In this document: piece after piece, positions 15,550-24,667 of the stretch
How positions within the stretch are numbered: position 1 is the stretch's first letter
How the letters are laid out: each line of letters opens with the position of its first letter
NCBI GenBank assembly: GCA_030054275.1
Contig: JASGCF010000001.1
Coordinates: forward strand, 1 to 38,525
DNA: 38,525 nt
Reading direction: 5' to 3'
DNA from: Limnohabitans sp.
GTDB taxonomy: Bacteria; Planctomycetota; Phycisphaerae; Phycisphaerales; SM1A02
Made by a program: the position numbers and the translations under genes
The notes under the pieces: model-generated
What the model was told of the DNA's origin: nothing
The model's input: the letters and a program-made list of their open reading frames with translations, nothing else
The model's database searches: none

Positions 15550-18500
15550 TCAGTTGCGCGAAACTTCTTGCGAGATATCCAACGACCCTGTACGCGATGC
15601 GTCTCCAAATTTCTGCGCTTCAAGTTCTTGCACTTCAAGTTCTTGCGCCTCAAGTCCCGCTGGCACGGCACTGTCCGCGCCGCAACCGCATTCGCCCTGC
15701 TTTGTTGGGAATGGATCTTGACCGCGGGCAATGCGCAACCAGATCGCGTCTTCGCGCGCATCAAGCATGCGTTCGAGGAGATTTGGCGGGCGTCCGCCAC
15801 GACCTCGGCCGCCACGCATTCCGCCGCGACCCTCACCGTCGTTTGCACGCGAGCCTTGCGCTTCGTTGGCTGGTCCGATGGCCTTTGCAATCAGCGTGGC
15901 ACGACTCGAACGGATGGCATCATGCTGTGCCGATTCATCGGCACGACGGTAGCGTCGCAGGCCGTCAACCCATGTTTCTTCGCAGCGCGTGAACGCTGAA
16001 AGCGGATCACCGTTCCAAATGGCGAAGTCTGCATCTTTGCCGACTTCAAGAGAGCCAGTGCGATGGTCGATTCGCAATTGCTTGGCTGGATTGATCGTCA
16101 CGAGTGCGAGCGCTTGTTCCGGTGAAAGTCCGCCGTAGCGCACAGCCTTCGCAGCTTCCATATTCATGCGTCGTGCGAGTTCATCCGAGTCTGAATTGAA
16201 ACTCACCAAGACGCCTGCACGATGAAGCAGCGCGCCGTTCCATGGGATCGCATCCATGACTTCGATTTTGTACGCCCACCAATCGCTGAAACTGGAGGCG
16301 CCGGCACCGTGCTTCGCGATCTCGGGAGCGACCTTGTAACCCTCAAGAACATGTTGCAGGGTTGCGACACGGAATCCGAATCGCTCTGCGGTTCGCAAGA
16401 GCATCACGATTTCATCTTGCCTGTAACTGTGGCAGTGCACGAGGCGCGAGCCTTCGATGATCTCGGCAAGCGTTTCAAGTTCAAGATCTTTGCGCGGCGG
16501 AACGGTTCGCGCGCGTGTCGCAGCATCGAGCGCAGCGTACGACTTCTGGAGTGCGCGGTACTCAACAGCAGCCTTGAACGAGTCGTCGATATAGGTTGCA
16601 ACGCCCATGCGCGAACTTGGGTATCGCGACTTCGAGCGCGTGACATTCTCACCGAGTGCGAACTTGATGCCACTCGGCGCACCCTCAAAGCGGAAGCGAT
16701 CGGCGCTCTCGCCCCAGCGGATCTTGACAACAGAATTGCGTCCACCGATCGGGTTTGCAGAACCGTGCAACTGATTGACAGCAGTAAGTCCGCCAGCCAG
16801 TTGTCGATACCACTCGATGTCGGTTGGGTCGATCACATCACCTATCCACACTTCGGCTGTGTTCGATTGCGTGCCCTCATTGACGCCGCCAGAAATCCCA
16901 GTGTGACTGTGGCAGTCGATGAGACCCGGCGTGATGTGATGACCCGCCAGATCAAAGACGGCCGACACTTCTGGAGCATCGATGTGCTCAGCAATTGCAG
17001 CAATCTTGCCGTCGCGAATGAGCAGATCGCCCTTCGTCAGAATGCCTTGTGCCCCTTGGGTCCAAATGGTTGCGTTGCGGAAGAGCACCGTGCCGCCAAA
17101 CGGCTTCTCTGCGACGCCATACTCGCCCATGGGAAACGGAAGCGGATCCTTCCAGAGTGCGGAGGTGTCCTCGCGCTTGGCATCTTCTTTCGAGTCGTCC
17201 TTCTTCTCAGATCGTTGTGGTTGTTCACCAGCCACTTCGCCCGCCACTTGACCCGCCACTTCGCCCGCCACTTCACCTGCTGCATCGTTGGCCTTTTTGG
17301 GCTCTTCCAGACGGCGCGCGAGCGAGAAAGTGAAACGCATTCCGTCCGTGCGTTCTGCGGTCAGTGTTGCGCGATCACCAACGCCAGCAATCGAGACGCG
17401 CAATGCACCGTCAAGGCCAAACGGCGCACCGTCGAGTAAGCCGGAAAAACGCCCGTCGGTTGCGCTCGCGCGGCGCGCCGCAACGGATACACGACCATCA
17501 CCGCTCTTGGCCGGATCGGCCGGATTCTGCTCGGCTTCTTTCTGCTCGGCTTCTTTCTGTGCTGGGTCGGCCTTGTCACTTTCAGCAGTCGGAGCGATCC
17601 ACGACGCTTTGATCGAGCCATCCTTTGGATCGAGCGCGATACGAAGGTCGTTCGCGAGTGGCTTTGGTGTTGCTGTTTGCGCGGTCACCGTGAACGAACC
17701 AACAGCAAGCAGAGGCGCTTCTGGCAGCGCGACCACAGGCATACCTGCAACGAAGACGCCTTCAAACTTGGTGTCGGCGACGAATGGATCACCGTTGGCG
17801 ATCAAGATATTCGCAAGCTTTCCGGCTTCAAGCGAACCAACGCGATCCGCAAGCCCGAGCATGCGCGCTGGTGTCGTGGTCAGCGCTGCCATGGCTTCAT
17901 CTTTGGTAAGTCCATGAGCGATCGCATCTGCCACGCGCTTTCGAAAGGCACTGCGGTCTTGCATGCGATGCGTTGTGAGTGCGATCGTCGCGCCGCGCTC
18001 AAGCAGCCGCTTCGGATTGGTGGGCGCGTAACGCCATGTCATCAAATCGCGCAGCGAGATGGACTCAGCGGCGACTGGTGAAATGAGATCTGGTGCCTGT
18101 GGAAACTCGACCGGCACGATGACTGGCGTCGCGCCATCACCAACAAGCGCTGCAATCTCGGCCTCGGCGCGGAACTCGTTTCCACTCGCCAAGATCGCCA
18201 GTGGTGTGGTTGGCAATTCTTGACGCGCAAGTCGCACGAGTCGTGCGAAATCAAGTTCATCCGGCGCCTCAACAAGAAGCGACTGCGCATGCGGATCATT
18301 GGCTGCTAGGAAAAGTGGCTGCAACGCGTCGAGTGCATGCATGCTGTCGAGTGGCAGCGCGGGATTTGCAGCGAAAGCAGCGCGTCGCCAAGTTGCGTCC
18401 ATGAATGTCTGTCGCATGAGCGCGTACGAGCCCATCAAACTCGACGGGTACGACGAGTTGCGTTCACCTCGCGGAGCCTGCGCTGGCGTGGGTGTGGGAA

Positions 18501-19176
18501 CGCCGGGTGTCGCGGGCGTGGGTTGCCCAAACATCGCACTCCAATCCATCGTGCGCGGCCCAACAAATTGGGTCGTGGTTCCACCAAGATCACGCGGAAG
18601 GACGCGCTCGGAAGTTCGCGCAAGGAGACGCGTTTGCGAAGAACCGCGGAAGATGCCGTCCTTTGGCAACAGTCGGGCAACAGCGAAGCCTTGCGCGCGC
18701 AGAGCGTCGAGCGTCGCATCTGGAAGTGCCAGATCAACACCCGTGACTTCAGGCGTGACATATCCGTTCCAATGGGCGCCCGGCGCAGCACTGGCAGCAC
18801 TCGCAAGCGCGGCACTGTCGACCGCCAACGCTGGCTCGATGAATGCGCTGAGAAGCGTTTTCCCAGTGCAGTCCATCACGCGATATCCGGCCGGAATGTC
18901 CGCATTTGCCGCTTTGTCGGCCGGCTGCGCACTTTCTGGGAGGACGCGCTCGATGACACCATCGCGCACCAGCACTGTCGCGCGCTCGTGCACCGTGCCT
19001 GGCGCAACCATCACTTTGCCACCAACCAAGGCAAATCGGCCCGGATTGCTTGGGCGCATGCCGTTGACAGGCGCCTGTTGCGCATCAACAGACGGCACAC
19101 ACCACGCTGCCATCGAGGTGGCAAGCGTGCACAGTGTTGCGTTTTGAACGCGACGAGAAAAGGCGACGGTTCGCAT
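15550..19176 (-). CDS. Large secreted two-module amidohydrolase-family protein (about 1208 aa)
   Basis: The C-terminal module has canonical ITPGLIDCHSHTGISGG plus HCHSYRQDE and NSDSDE. The N-terminal module is amidohydrolase-like but reads LLSAFIEPALAV at the HxH position. Start chosen at ATG 19176 (MRTVAFSRRVQNATLCTLATSMAAWCVPSVDAQQ), because the flgM terminator sits inside the longer track ORF. Confidence 0.85.
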   Translation of the reverse strand: MRTVAFSRRVQNATLCTLATSMAAWCVPSVDAQQAPVNGMRPSNPGRFALVGGKVMVAPGTVHERATVLVRDGVIERVLPESAQPADKAANADIPAGYRVMDCTGKTLLSAFIEPALAVDSAALASAASAAPGAHWNGYVTPEVTGVDLALPDATLDALRAQGFAVARLLPKDGIFRGSSQTRLLARTSERVLPRDLGGTTTQFVGPRTMDWSAMFGQPTPATPGVPTPTPAQAPRGERNSSYPSSLMGSYALMRQTFMDATWRRAAFAANPALPLDSMHALDALQPLFLAANDPHAQSLLVEAPDELDFARLVRLARQELPTTPLAILASGNEFRAEAEIAALVGDGATPVIVPVEFPQAPDLISPVAAESISLRDLMTWRYAPTNPKRLLERGATIALTTHRMQDRSAFRKRVADAIAHGLTKDEAMAALTTTPARMLGLADRVGSLEAGKLANILIANGDPFVADTKFEGVFVAGMPVVALPEAPLLAVGSFTVTAQTATPKPLANDLRIALDPKDGSIKASWIAPTAESDKADPAQKEAEQKEAEQNPADPAKSGDGRVSVAARRASATDGRFSGLLDGAPFGLDGALRVSIAGVGDRATLTAERTDGMRFTFSLARRLEEPKKANDAAGEVAGEVAGQVAGEVAGEQPQRSEKKDDSKEDAKREDTSALWKDPLPFPMGEYGVAEKPFGGTVLFRNATIWTQGAQGILTKGDLLIRDGKIAAIAEHIDAPEVSAVFDLAGHHITPGLIDCHSHTGISGGVNEGTQSNTAEVWIGDVIDPTDIEWYRQLAGGLTAVNQLHGSANPIGGRNSVVKIRWGESADRFRFEGAPSGIKFALGENVTRSKSRYPSSRMGVATYIDDSFKAAVEYRALQKSYAALDAATRARTVPPRKDLELETLAEIIEGSRLVHCHSYRQDEIVMLLRTAERFGFRVATLQHVLEGYKVAPEIAKHGAGASSFSDWWAYKIEVMDAIPWNGALLHRAGVLVSFNSDSDELARRMNMEAAKAVRYGGLSPEQALALVTINPAKQLRIDHRTGSLEVGKDADFAIWNGDPLSAFTRCEETWVDGLRRYRRADESAQHDAIRSSRATLIAKAIGPANEAQGSRANDGEGRGGMRGGRGRGGRPPNLLERMLDAREDAIWLRIARGQDPFPTKQGECGCGADSAVPAGLEAQELEVQELEAQKFGDASRTGSLDISQEVSRN
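15615..15659. repeat. 15-bp tandem repeat x3, imperfect (GCGCTTCAAGTTCTT)
   Basis: Direct reading. It encodes LEAQELEVQELEAQ near the C-terminus of the large amidohydrolase. Confidence 0.85.
17231..17278. repeat. 12-bp tandem repeat x4 (GCCACTTCGCCC-like)
   Basis: Direct reading. It encodes AGEVAGEVAGQVAGEVAGE in the inter-module linker. Confidence 0.9.
17527..17556. repeat. 15-bp tandem repeat x2 (CTGCTCGGCTTCTTT)
   Basis: Direct reading. It encodes KEAEQKEAEQ. Confidence 0.9.
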
Positions 19177-19300
19177 GGGTGCGAATCGTACGACCCATTC
19201 GCATGCGATCGTGCGTTCCGGCACATTTGCGCGCAAGTTCTCGCAGCGCGAATTTTCTGAAGATTGGGCCAAGCAACCTGCACTGCGGACGAAAGCGAAA

Positions 19301-19339
19301 ATCCCAAACAAAAAGCCCCGCACTGGATAGGCGGGGCTT
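19301..19339 (-). terminator. Rho-independent terminator downstream of flgM
   Basis: Minus strand: AAGCCCCGC-CTATCCAGT-GCGGGGCTT followed by TTTGTTTGGG, 56 nt after the flgM stop. Confidence 0.75.
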
Positions 19340-19395
19340 CATGTCTTTGGTTGGATCGCTCGCGTTGTGACTGCACGCGAACGGCGGCGGAGTGC

Positions 19396-19713
19396 TTAGC
19401 CGATCTCGTCGATCATGCGCTGCACCGCAATCGCCAACTTCTCGTCTGAGTCGAGCGTTCCCTGTGCGATCGCCGCACGAGCCGCAGCGACCTTGTCTTC
19501 ACGAATCGCCGGGAGGCGGTTCATTTCGGAGAGCCAGTGCGCGACTTCCGAAACTTCAACGCGATCGCCAGTTCGGCGCGAGGCTGAAGTCGATGAGTCC
19601 GCAAGGCGGCGCGCTGTTGCCTGCTCCGATGTCGCGTTGCTTGCGCGAACACCGCCGGTGAGTGAGGCATGCGAACTTCCGATGTTGCCGAGATGACCGA
19701 GGCTGTCTGACAT
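19396..19713 (-). CDS. flgM: Anti-sigma-28 factor FlgM
   Basis: ATG at 19713 with AAGGAG SD 7 nt upstream. The C-terminal FlgM signature is DRVEVSEVAHWLSEMNRLPAIREDKVAAARAAIAQGTLDSDEKLAIAVQRMIDE. The N-terminus is Ser/Gly-rich and looks disordered. Confidence 0.8.
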   Translation of the reverse strand: MSDSLGHLGNIGSSHASLTGGVRASNATSEQATARRLADSSTSASRRTGDRVEVSEVAHWLSEMNRLPAIREDKVAAARAAIAQGTLDSDEKLAIAVQRMIDEIG

Positions 19714-20062
19714 TCCGAAAACTCCTTGGAAAAGCCGTGGCAGATCCAACTGCTCCGACCTTTTCCGCACGAGGCCAAACCATCCTGGTTCTTGACCGTG
19801 GGTCTAGGGCTCGAACCACGCGATGTCGAGCCCTGCATCCTGCCCACGCATTCATCGACCGGATAGCCGTTGCAACTTGAACAACCGATTCAGACCGAAC
19901 TTGCCGCTAAGTCCTTGACACAGCGGGACTTCGATGCGAAGTTGCCCGCCAAAATTCGCACAAGATTGTTCCACTTCCAAGTGTGCGGTAAATGAGCCGC
20001 TCCAACGCATTCGCGCCATGGATTATGCGATCCTATGCGCCGTGAACAAGCAGACAACGCAC

Positions 20063-21127
20063 ATGAACCTGCAGATTTCTCCAAACTTCGGCAGAAGTCG
20101 CGCACCAACCGCGATCTCTTCTCGCGCTGCCCGCTCTGTCGACGCAAGAGTTGTGTGGATCGCTGCGGTGGTGATCACGCTTTCTGGATTGCTGATGGAG
20201 GGATGCAAGGACGGACCAAAGACCACGCAGTCGCAGGCTGTTGCGAAGAGCGGTGCTCCGAAGCCCGCAAGCGGCATGGAATTGCTCGGCGATGGTGATG
20301 AGGTGATCGGCGGGCCACAAAGTAAGCGTGGCAATGTGGGCCTGAAAGCGGCCTCGGCCAGTGGCGGTAGCACCCCATCGGGTGCGACCACATCGGGCGG
20401 CGCCGAATCCAACGCCATGGCAAGCGGCACAAAGGGCGGCCGATGGTCTGTGATGTTGGCGACATTCTCGACCGAAGATCATGTCGAACGAGCCAACGCG
20501 TTCCGCACCGAACTCGTGAACGCCTATCCAGAACTCGCAACGGCTGCGGTTCGACGACTCGGCAAAGGATCCGCCATCGTGGTCGGCGCGTTTGATGCTC
20601 CACAGGACAAGGCAGCGCAACTCGAGTTGAAACGCGTCAAGGAAGTCGAGCGTCGCGGGCGTCGGCCCTTCGCAACGGCGATGTTGGTGCGCACCACGAC
20701 GGACGACACCTCTGGTCCACCAAAGCCATTCGACCTACGCACCCTGCGCGCGAAGTTCCCCAAGGTCCGCCCGCTCTTCACGCTTCAAGTTGCTGCGTGG
20801 TCCACCTTCGGTGAGAAGGGCGTGAAGTACGACGACATGCGTCGCGCAGCCGAGCGTTACTGCCTTGATTTACGCGCGAAGGGGAACGAGGCGTGGTTCC
20901 ACCACGATGAAGACAGCGAAACCAGCGTGGTGACCGTGGGCAATTTCGATCGACGCGCGTATGACGCGCGCACCACGCTGTTCTCGCCGGAAGTCGAAGA
21001 TCTCATGCGACAATTCCCAGCACACTTGGTGAACGGCGAGCCGCTGCTCGTGCCAGTTGATCCAGCGAACCCAAAGGGTCGCAGCAAGCCGCAGCCGTGT
21101 CGGCTTGTGGAAGTTCCCGAAACATGA
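20063..21127 (+). CDS. Hypothetical membrane-anchored or secreted protein with two tentative SPOR-like repeats
   Basis: ATG at 20063 and an N-terminal hydrophobic anchor ending in Cys (VVWIAAVVITLSGLLMEGC). Two segments fit the SPOR pattern: WSVMLATFSTEDHVERANAFRTEL..AIVVGAF and FTLQVAAWSTFGEKG..SVVTVGNF. The domain call is tentative. Confidence 0.45.
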   Translation: MNLQISPNFGRSRAPTAISSRAARSVDARVVWIAAVVITLSGLLMEGCKDGPKTTQSQAVAKSGAPKPASGMELLGDGDEVIGGPQSKRGNVGLKAASASGGSTPSGATTSGGAESNAMASGTKGGRWSVMLATFSTEDHVERANAFRTELVNAYPELATAAVRRLGKGSAIVVGAFDAPQDKAAQLELKRVKEVERRGRRPFATAMLVRTTTDDTSGPPKPFDLRTLRAKFPKVRPLFTLQVAAWSTFGEKGVKYDDMRRAAERYCLDLRAKGNEAWFHHDEDSETSVVTVGNFDRRAYDARTTLFSPEVEDLMRQFPAHLVNGEPLLVPVDPANPKGRSKPQPCRLVEVPET

Positions 21128-21200
21128 ATCGACGGCATTGGCGGTGATGCGTACACGCGCGATTGATACAGTCGGCGCGCAACCCCGTACCATCTCAAAC

Positions 21201-22379
21201 ATGGCGAAGCGCGCCACATCTTCTGCTGCTGCGAAGGCAACGCCGCGAGGTCCACGCGGACGCGCTGGCGATGAGCCGCCTCCCGAGCGCGAGCGCCCAG
21301 TGCATTACGAAGGGCCCGTCCTTTTCGGCCAAGAGGAACCTTGTGCGCAACTCGCGCACGCCATGAGGTCCGGACACATGCACCACGCATGGATCTTGTC
21401 CGGTCCGCAAGGTGTTGGGAAGTGCACGGCTGCCCTAGAGTGCGCGCGACTGTTGCTTGATCCCGAAGCATCCGACGCGCAGATCGCGCTTTTCAAGGCT
21501 TCACGCGAAACACGCGTCGCAGAACTGATCGATGTCGGCGCCCATCCAGACCTTCATGTGATTGCCAAGGAACGCGCGGAAGAATCATCGATTCGCGAAC
21601 TACGCGATCGCAAGCAAACCAACATTCCGCTTGATTTGCTGCGCGAACTCATGCTCGGCGGAACCGTCGGCGATGGCCGCAGTTTCGAGTCACCTGTGTG
21701 GAAGGGCGCGTATCTCGGTCATGGCAAAGTCTTCATCATTGATGAAGCAGAACTGCTCGATCTCTACGGTCAAAACGCGCTGTTGAAAACGCTCGAAGAG
21801 CCGCCACCAGGAACCTACATCTTTTTGGTGACCACGCAGGAAGAGCGATTGCTGCCCACGATTCGCAGTCGATGTCAACGCGTGCAATTCCGCGCGCTTG
21901 CACGAGATGCGATGACAGCATGGTTTGATCGCTTCGCTGTCGCAGCCGAGGCGCGCGCATGGCTTGGCGCATTCAGTGAAGGTTCGCCAGGTACAGCGCA
22001 GTTGGCGCACCAACACGCGTTGCGAGCGTGGAGCGACGAACTCTTGCCACGCTTCGCGGGAATCGAATCGGGCCGATTCGATGCAACACTCGCGGATCGC
22101 TTGGGCGAACTTGTGAGCGAGTTTGCAGAGGGTGTTGTCAAGAAAAACCCGAAGGCGTCGAAAGAATCTGCCAATCGACTGGGTACGCGCTGCGTGAATC
22201 TCACGCTCGCGTCGCGTCTTCGCGTGCAACTGACAGAAAGCGCAGCGCGCAACGATGTGCAGGGTGTTTCGAACGCTGCGATGCGCGTTGAGCTCATTGC
22301 ACAACTCGAGCGCGAAGTGCGTTCGAATGTGAATCTCAAGCATGCGTTTGCGAATCTCGTTGCACAGTGGGGATCGTGA
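21201..22379 (+). CDS. holB: DNA polymerase III delta-prime subunit
   Basis: HAWILSGPQGVGKCTAA, VFIIDEAELL, NALLKTLEEPPPGTYIFLVT and TIRSRCQRVQF. ATG at 21201. Confidence 0.88.
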   Translation: MAKRATSSAAAKATPRGPRGRAGDEPPPERERPVHYEGPVLFGQEEPCAQLAHAMRSGHMHHAWILSGPQGVGKCTAALECARLLLDPEASDAQIALFKASRETRVAELIDVGAHPDLHVIAKERAEESSIRELRDRKQTNIPLDLLRELMLGGTVGDGRSFESPVWKGAYLGHGKVFIIDEAELLDLYGQNALLKTLEEPPPGTYIFLVTTQEERLLPTIRSRCQRVQFRALARDAMTAWFDRFAVAAEARAWLGAFSEGSPGTAQLAHQHALRAWSDELLPRFAGIESGRFDATLADRLGELVSEFAEGVVKKNPKASKESANRLGTRCVNLTLASRLRVQLTESAARNDVQGVSNAAMRVELIAQLEREVRSNVNLKHAFANLVAQWGS

Positions 22380-22390
22380 TTGGGGAACCC

Positions 22391-22951
22391 ATGACGAGCG
22401 CGCACACAGAGACAAGTGGTCAAGGCCGCGAGATCGAACGCGTCTGGATTTTGCGCGCGATGCCAACGATTCCTCAAGAGGCGCACACAGAAGTGTGGCA
22501 GATCGAGCAGGGGTATCTTGCGCCAATCGCGTCAAGTGAAACCGAGCTTGCGGCTCTTGGATTTCCGGAAGGGCGCTTGCGTCGCGTGGTTGAACCGTCT
22601 GGTCGCGAGCGCTTCTTTCACACCATCAAAAGTGGCTCAGGCATGGTGCGCATGGAAACCGAGCGCGAAATCACTGGCGTCGAGTTTGCGTTGGCATGGC
22701 CGCGCACGAAAGGACGCCGTTTGGTGAAGACGCGTCACCGAGTTCGTGTCGGAGTTGGAGCAGCAATGCGTGTGTGGGAAATCGACCAGTTCCGCGATTT
22801 TCCGCTGGTGATGGTTGAAGTCGAACTGCCAAGCGAGCAATCCGCGTGCGAGATGCCCGCGTGGATCGAATCGTTGGTTGAACGAGAAGTCACTTTCGAC
22901 GCGCGCTACCGAAATGCAGCGCTTGCGATGTCAGGCATGCCGACGCATTGA
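22391..22951 (+). CDS. CYTH-domain (triphosphate tunnel metalloenzyme) protein
   Basis: The N-terminal EIERVWIL corresponds to the ExExK-type CYTH signature (EIERKFL). Later come WQIEQGYL, MVRMETEREI, VWEIDQFRDFPLVMVEVEL. An alternative GTG at 22367 overlaps the holB stop. Confidence 0.7.
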   Translation: MTSAHTETSGQGREIERVWILRAMPTIPQEAHTEVWQIEQGYLAPIASSETELAALGFPEGRLRRVVEPSGRERFFHTIKSGSGMVRMETEREITGVEFALAWPRTKGRRLVKTRHRVRVGVGAAMRVWEIDQFRDFPLVMVEVELPSEQSACEMPAWIESLVEREVTFDARYRNAALAMSGMPTH

Positions 22952-22985
22952 TGTGTCGCGGCTTGATGTTTCGAGCAACGCGCGG

Positions 22986-23843
22986 CTACCGCAGGTCTTT
23001 CGCTTGCGGCAAGTCGCTCAGATTTGCGATGCCGAAAACCCGCAAGAATTCTGGCGTGGTGCCGTAGAGCATGGGGCGGCCGACCTCTTCGGAGCGACCC
23101 ACGATCTTGACAAGCCGGCGTTCCATGAGGCTCTTCAGCACTTCGCCGCAGGCTACACCTCGAATCGCTTCAAGTTGTGCGCGCAACAGCGGCTGGCGAT
23201 AGGCGATGATCGCGAGCGTTTCTAGCGCAGCTTGTGAAAGTCGGGTTTGCGCGCGCTGACCCTTGAGCCGTGCGAGCACCGGACCGTACGACGCCACGGT
23301 GAGCACTTGTCGTCCGCCGGACACGCTTTCGATACGGAACGAGCGATTCGTGGCCGCGTAGTGCGCGTTGAGTGCGTCGCATGCTTCACGCACGAGGCGG
23401 ATTGCTTCGCGACGACGACCAGCAAGTGCCGCCGAGTCTTCGGAGTTTGCGTCTGCGTCAGCGCCTCGAGCATCGTCGCCCTCGCGTGCGGCATCTTTCG
23501 ACGCACGAATCGATGGCGGAACCAAGCCAAGCACTTCCGCGATGCGTGCATCGGAGATCGGGCGATCTGCGAGCAAAATGGTCGCTTCGACGCGATTCTC
23601 AAACGGCATCGAGGCGGCTGGCAACTCGGGATCATCGACTGCGATCTCAAAGAGCGTCGGTTGCTCTGTTGCAGCGGCTTTGCGTCGCTTTCGCTGCGTT
23701 GGCGCAGCGATCGGGTCGGCGGCTACTGCGTCTAGAGATTCGTCGGTCCCAGACTTCGTTGCCGGCGATGCGACATCTTCAGAGGTGACGCCTACAGAGG
23801 CCACACTCTCATCCGCTGCGATACTCGCGTCGTTTTCCGTCAT
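22986..23843 (-). CDS. scpB: SMC-ScpAB complex subunit ScpB
   Basis: VEATILLADRPISDARIAEVLG and LSQAALETLAIIAYRQPLLRAQLEAIRGVACGEVLKSLMERRLVKIVGRSEEVGRPMLYGTTPEFLRVFG (tandem winged helices). Confidence 0.9.
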   Translation of the reverse strand: MTENDASIAADESVASVGVTSEDVASPATKSGTDESLDAVAADPIAAPTQRKRRKAAATEQPTLFEIAVDDPELPAASMPFENRVEATILLADRPISDARIAEVLGLVPPSIRASKDAAREGDDARGADADANSEDSAALAGRRREAIRLVREACDALNAHYAATNRSFRIESVSGGRQVLTVASYGPVLARLKGQRAQTRLSQAALETLAIIAYRQPLLRAQLEAIRGVACGEVLKSLMERRLVKIVGRSEEVGRPMLYGTTPEFLRVFGIANLSDLPQAKDLR

Positions 23844-23911
23844 ATTTCAAAGCGTACCACAGGGCAACGCGTTCTTTGCGAAGCGCGTTGCGGGCGAAAC
23901 TGGGTCTGAAC

Positions 23912-24328
23912 TTAGCGACGCGCGCCGCTGGAGCGGGCGAGCGCAACGCGGGCGTATGCCAAGCGCTGACGACGCTCCGCACCGTCGCGAGCCTCAAGTG
24001 TGCCACGCGCAGAGGCAGCGGTATTCGCCGCGGCGAGTTCCTTCTCGGCATCGGCCGCCTTGATCGAACCGGAAGCCGTCGCGCCATCCGCGAGAATCGT
24101 GAGCGTGCCGCCGTTCATTTGGGCAAAACCGCCGTCGAGGAGGAAAACTTCCGGCGACCCAGAACCGCGTTCAATGCGCAGGCGACCTTCGCCCAAGCGC
24201 ACGAGGAACGGAGCGGCACCAGGGGCAACGCCCTTCTGCCCGTCCCACGCTGGGAATTCAACATAGGTCGCGTCGCATTCAAGGACGCTCTCGGTGGGGG
24301 TGACGACATTGCAGCGAAGCTGTGCCAT
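23912..24328 (-). CDS. atpC: F-type ATP synthase epsilon subunit
   Basis: ATG at 24328. MAQLRCNVVTPTESVLECDATYVEFPAWDGQKGVAPGAAPFLVRLGEGRLRI..LDGGFAQMNGGTLTILADGA is followed by a helical C-terminal domain. Confidence 0.8.
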   Translation of the reverse strand: MAQLRCNVVTPTESVLECDATYVEFPAWDGQKGVAPGAAPFLVRLGEGRLRIERGSGSPEVFLLDGGFAQMNGGTLTILADGATASGSIKAADAEKELAAANTAASARGTLEARDGAERRQRLAYARVALARSSGARR

Positions 24329-24396
24329 AGGGGCGGCGATGGTACGACCGCGCGCCCGTCGGCTCAAGTCACTGGATGTTGCTTCGTCTGAGAAGT

Positions 24397-24437
24397 CAAA
24401 AAAGACGCCGCCCGAGCGAGCGAGTCGTCGGGCGGCG
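24397..24437 (-). terminator. Rho-independent terminator
   Basis: Minus strand: CGCCGCCCGA-CGACTCGCTCGC-TCGGGCGGCG followed by TCTTTTTTGAC, about 230 nt downstream of the PEP-CTERM gene stop. Confidence 0.65.
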
Positions 24438-24667
24438 GGCGGAAAGGGACACAGTGTGAACTTGATTGATTTCGTGGTTCGGTCAGCACTGCCGAGAACC
24501 CGCGAAACCGTTTTATTCGTCCAAGGTGCTTCGAAACTCGATCTCGGCTGGACAATCCGAGAGCGATGCGAGGCTGCGCACATCACGCTTGCCGACGCCC
24601 GAGATACACCTCTTTCCGACCCGCGCCTGTGTCCGGAGCGCGCGACGGATTTGATCCATGCCCCGTT

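Noticed and set aside
19177-19323. 49-codon upstream extension of the large amidohydrolase ORF
   Set aside because: The flgM rho-independent terminator (19301-19339) lies inside it. ATG at 19176 is followed by a plausible signal peptide.
19801-19835. tRNA-like GGTTCGAGCCC string on the minus strand
   Set aside because: The flanks do not fold into a cloverleaf: there is no 5-bp T-stem pairing, no acceptor stem and no anticodon arm. The string is one arm of a 9-bp palindromic hairpin in the flgM leader.
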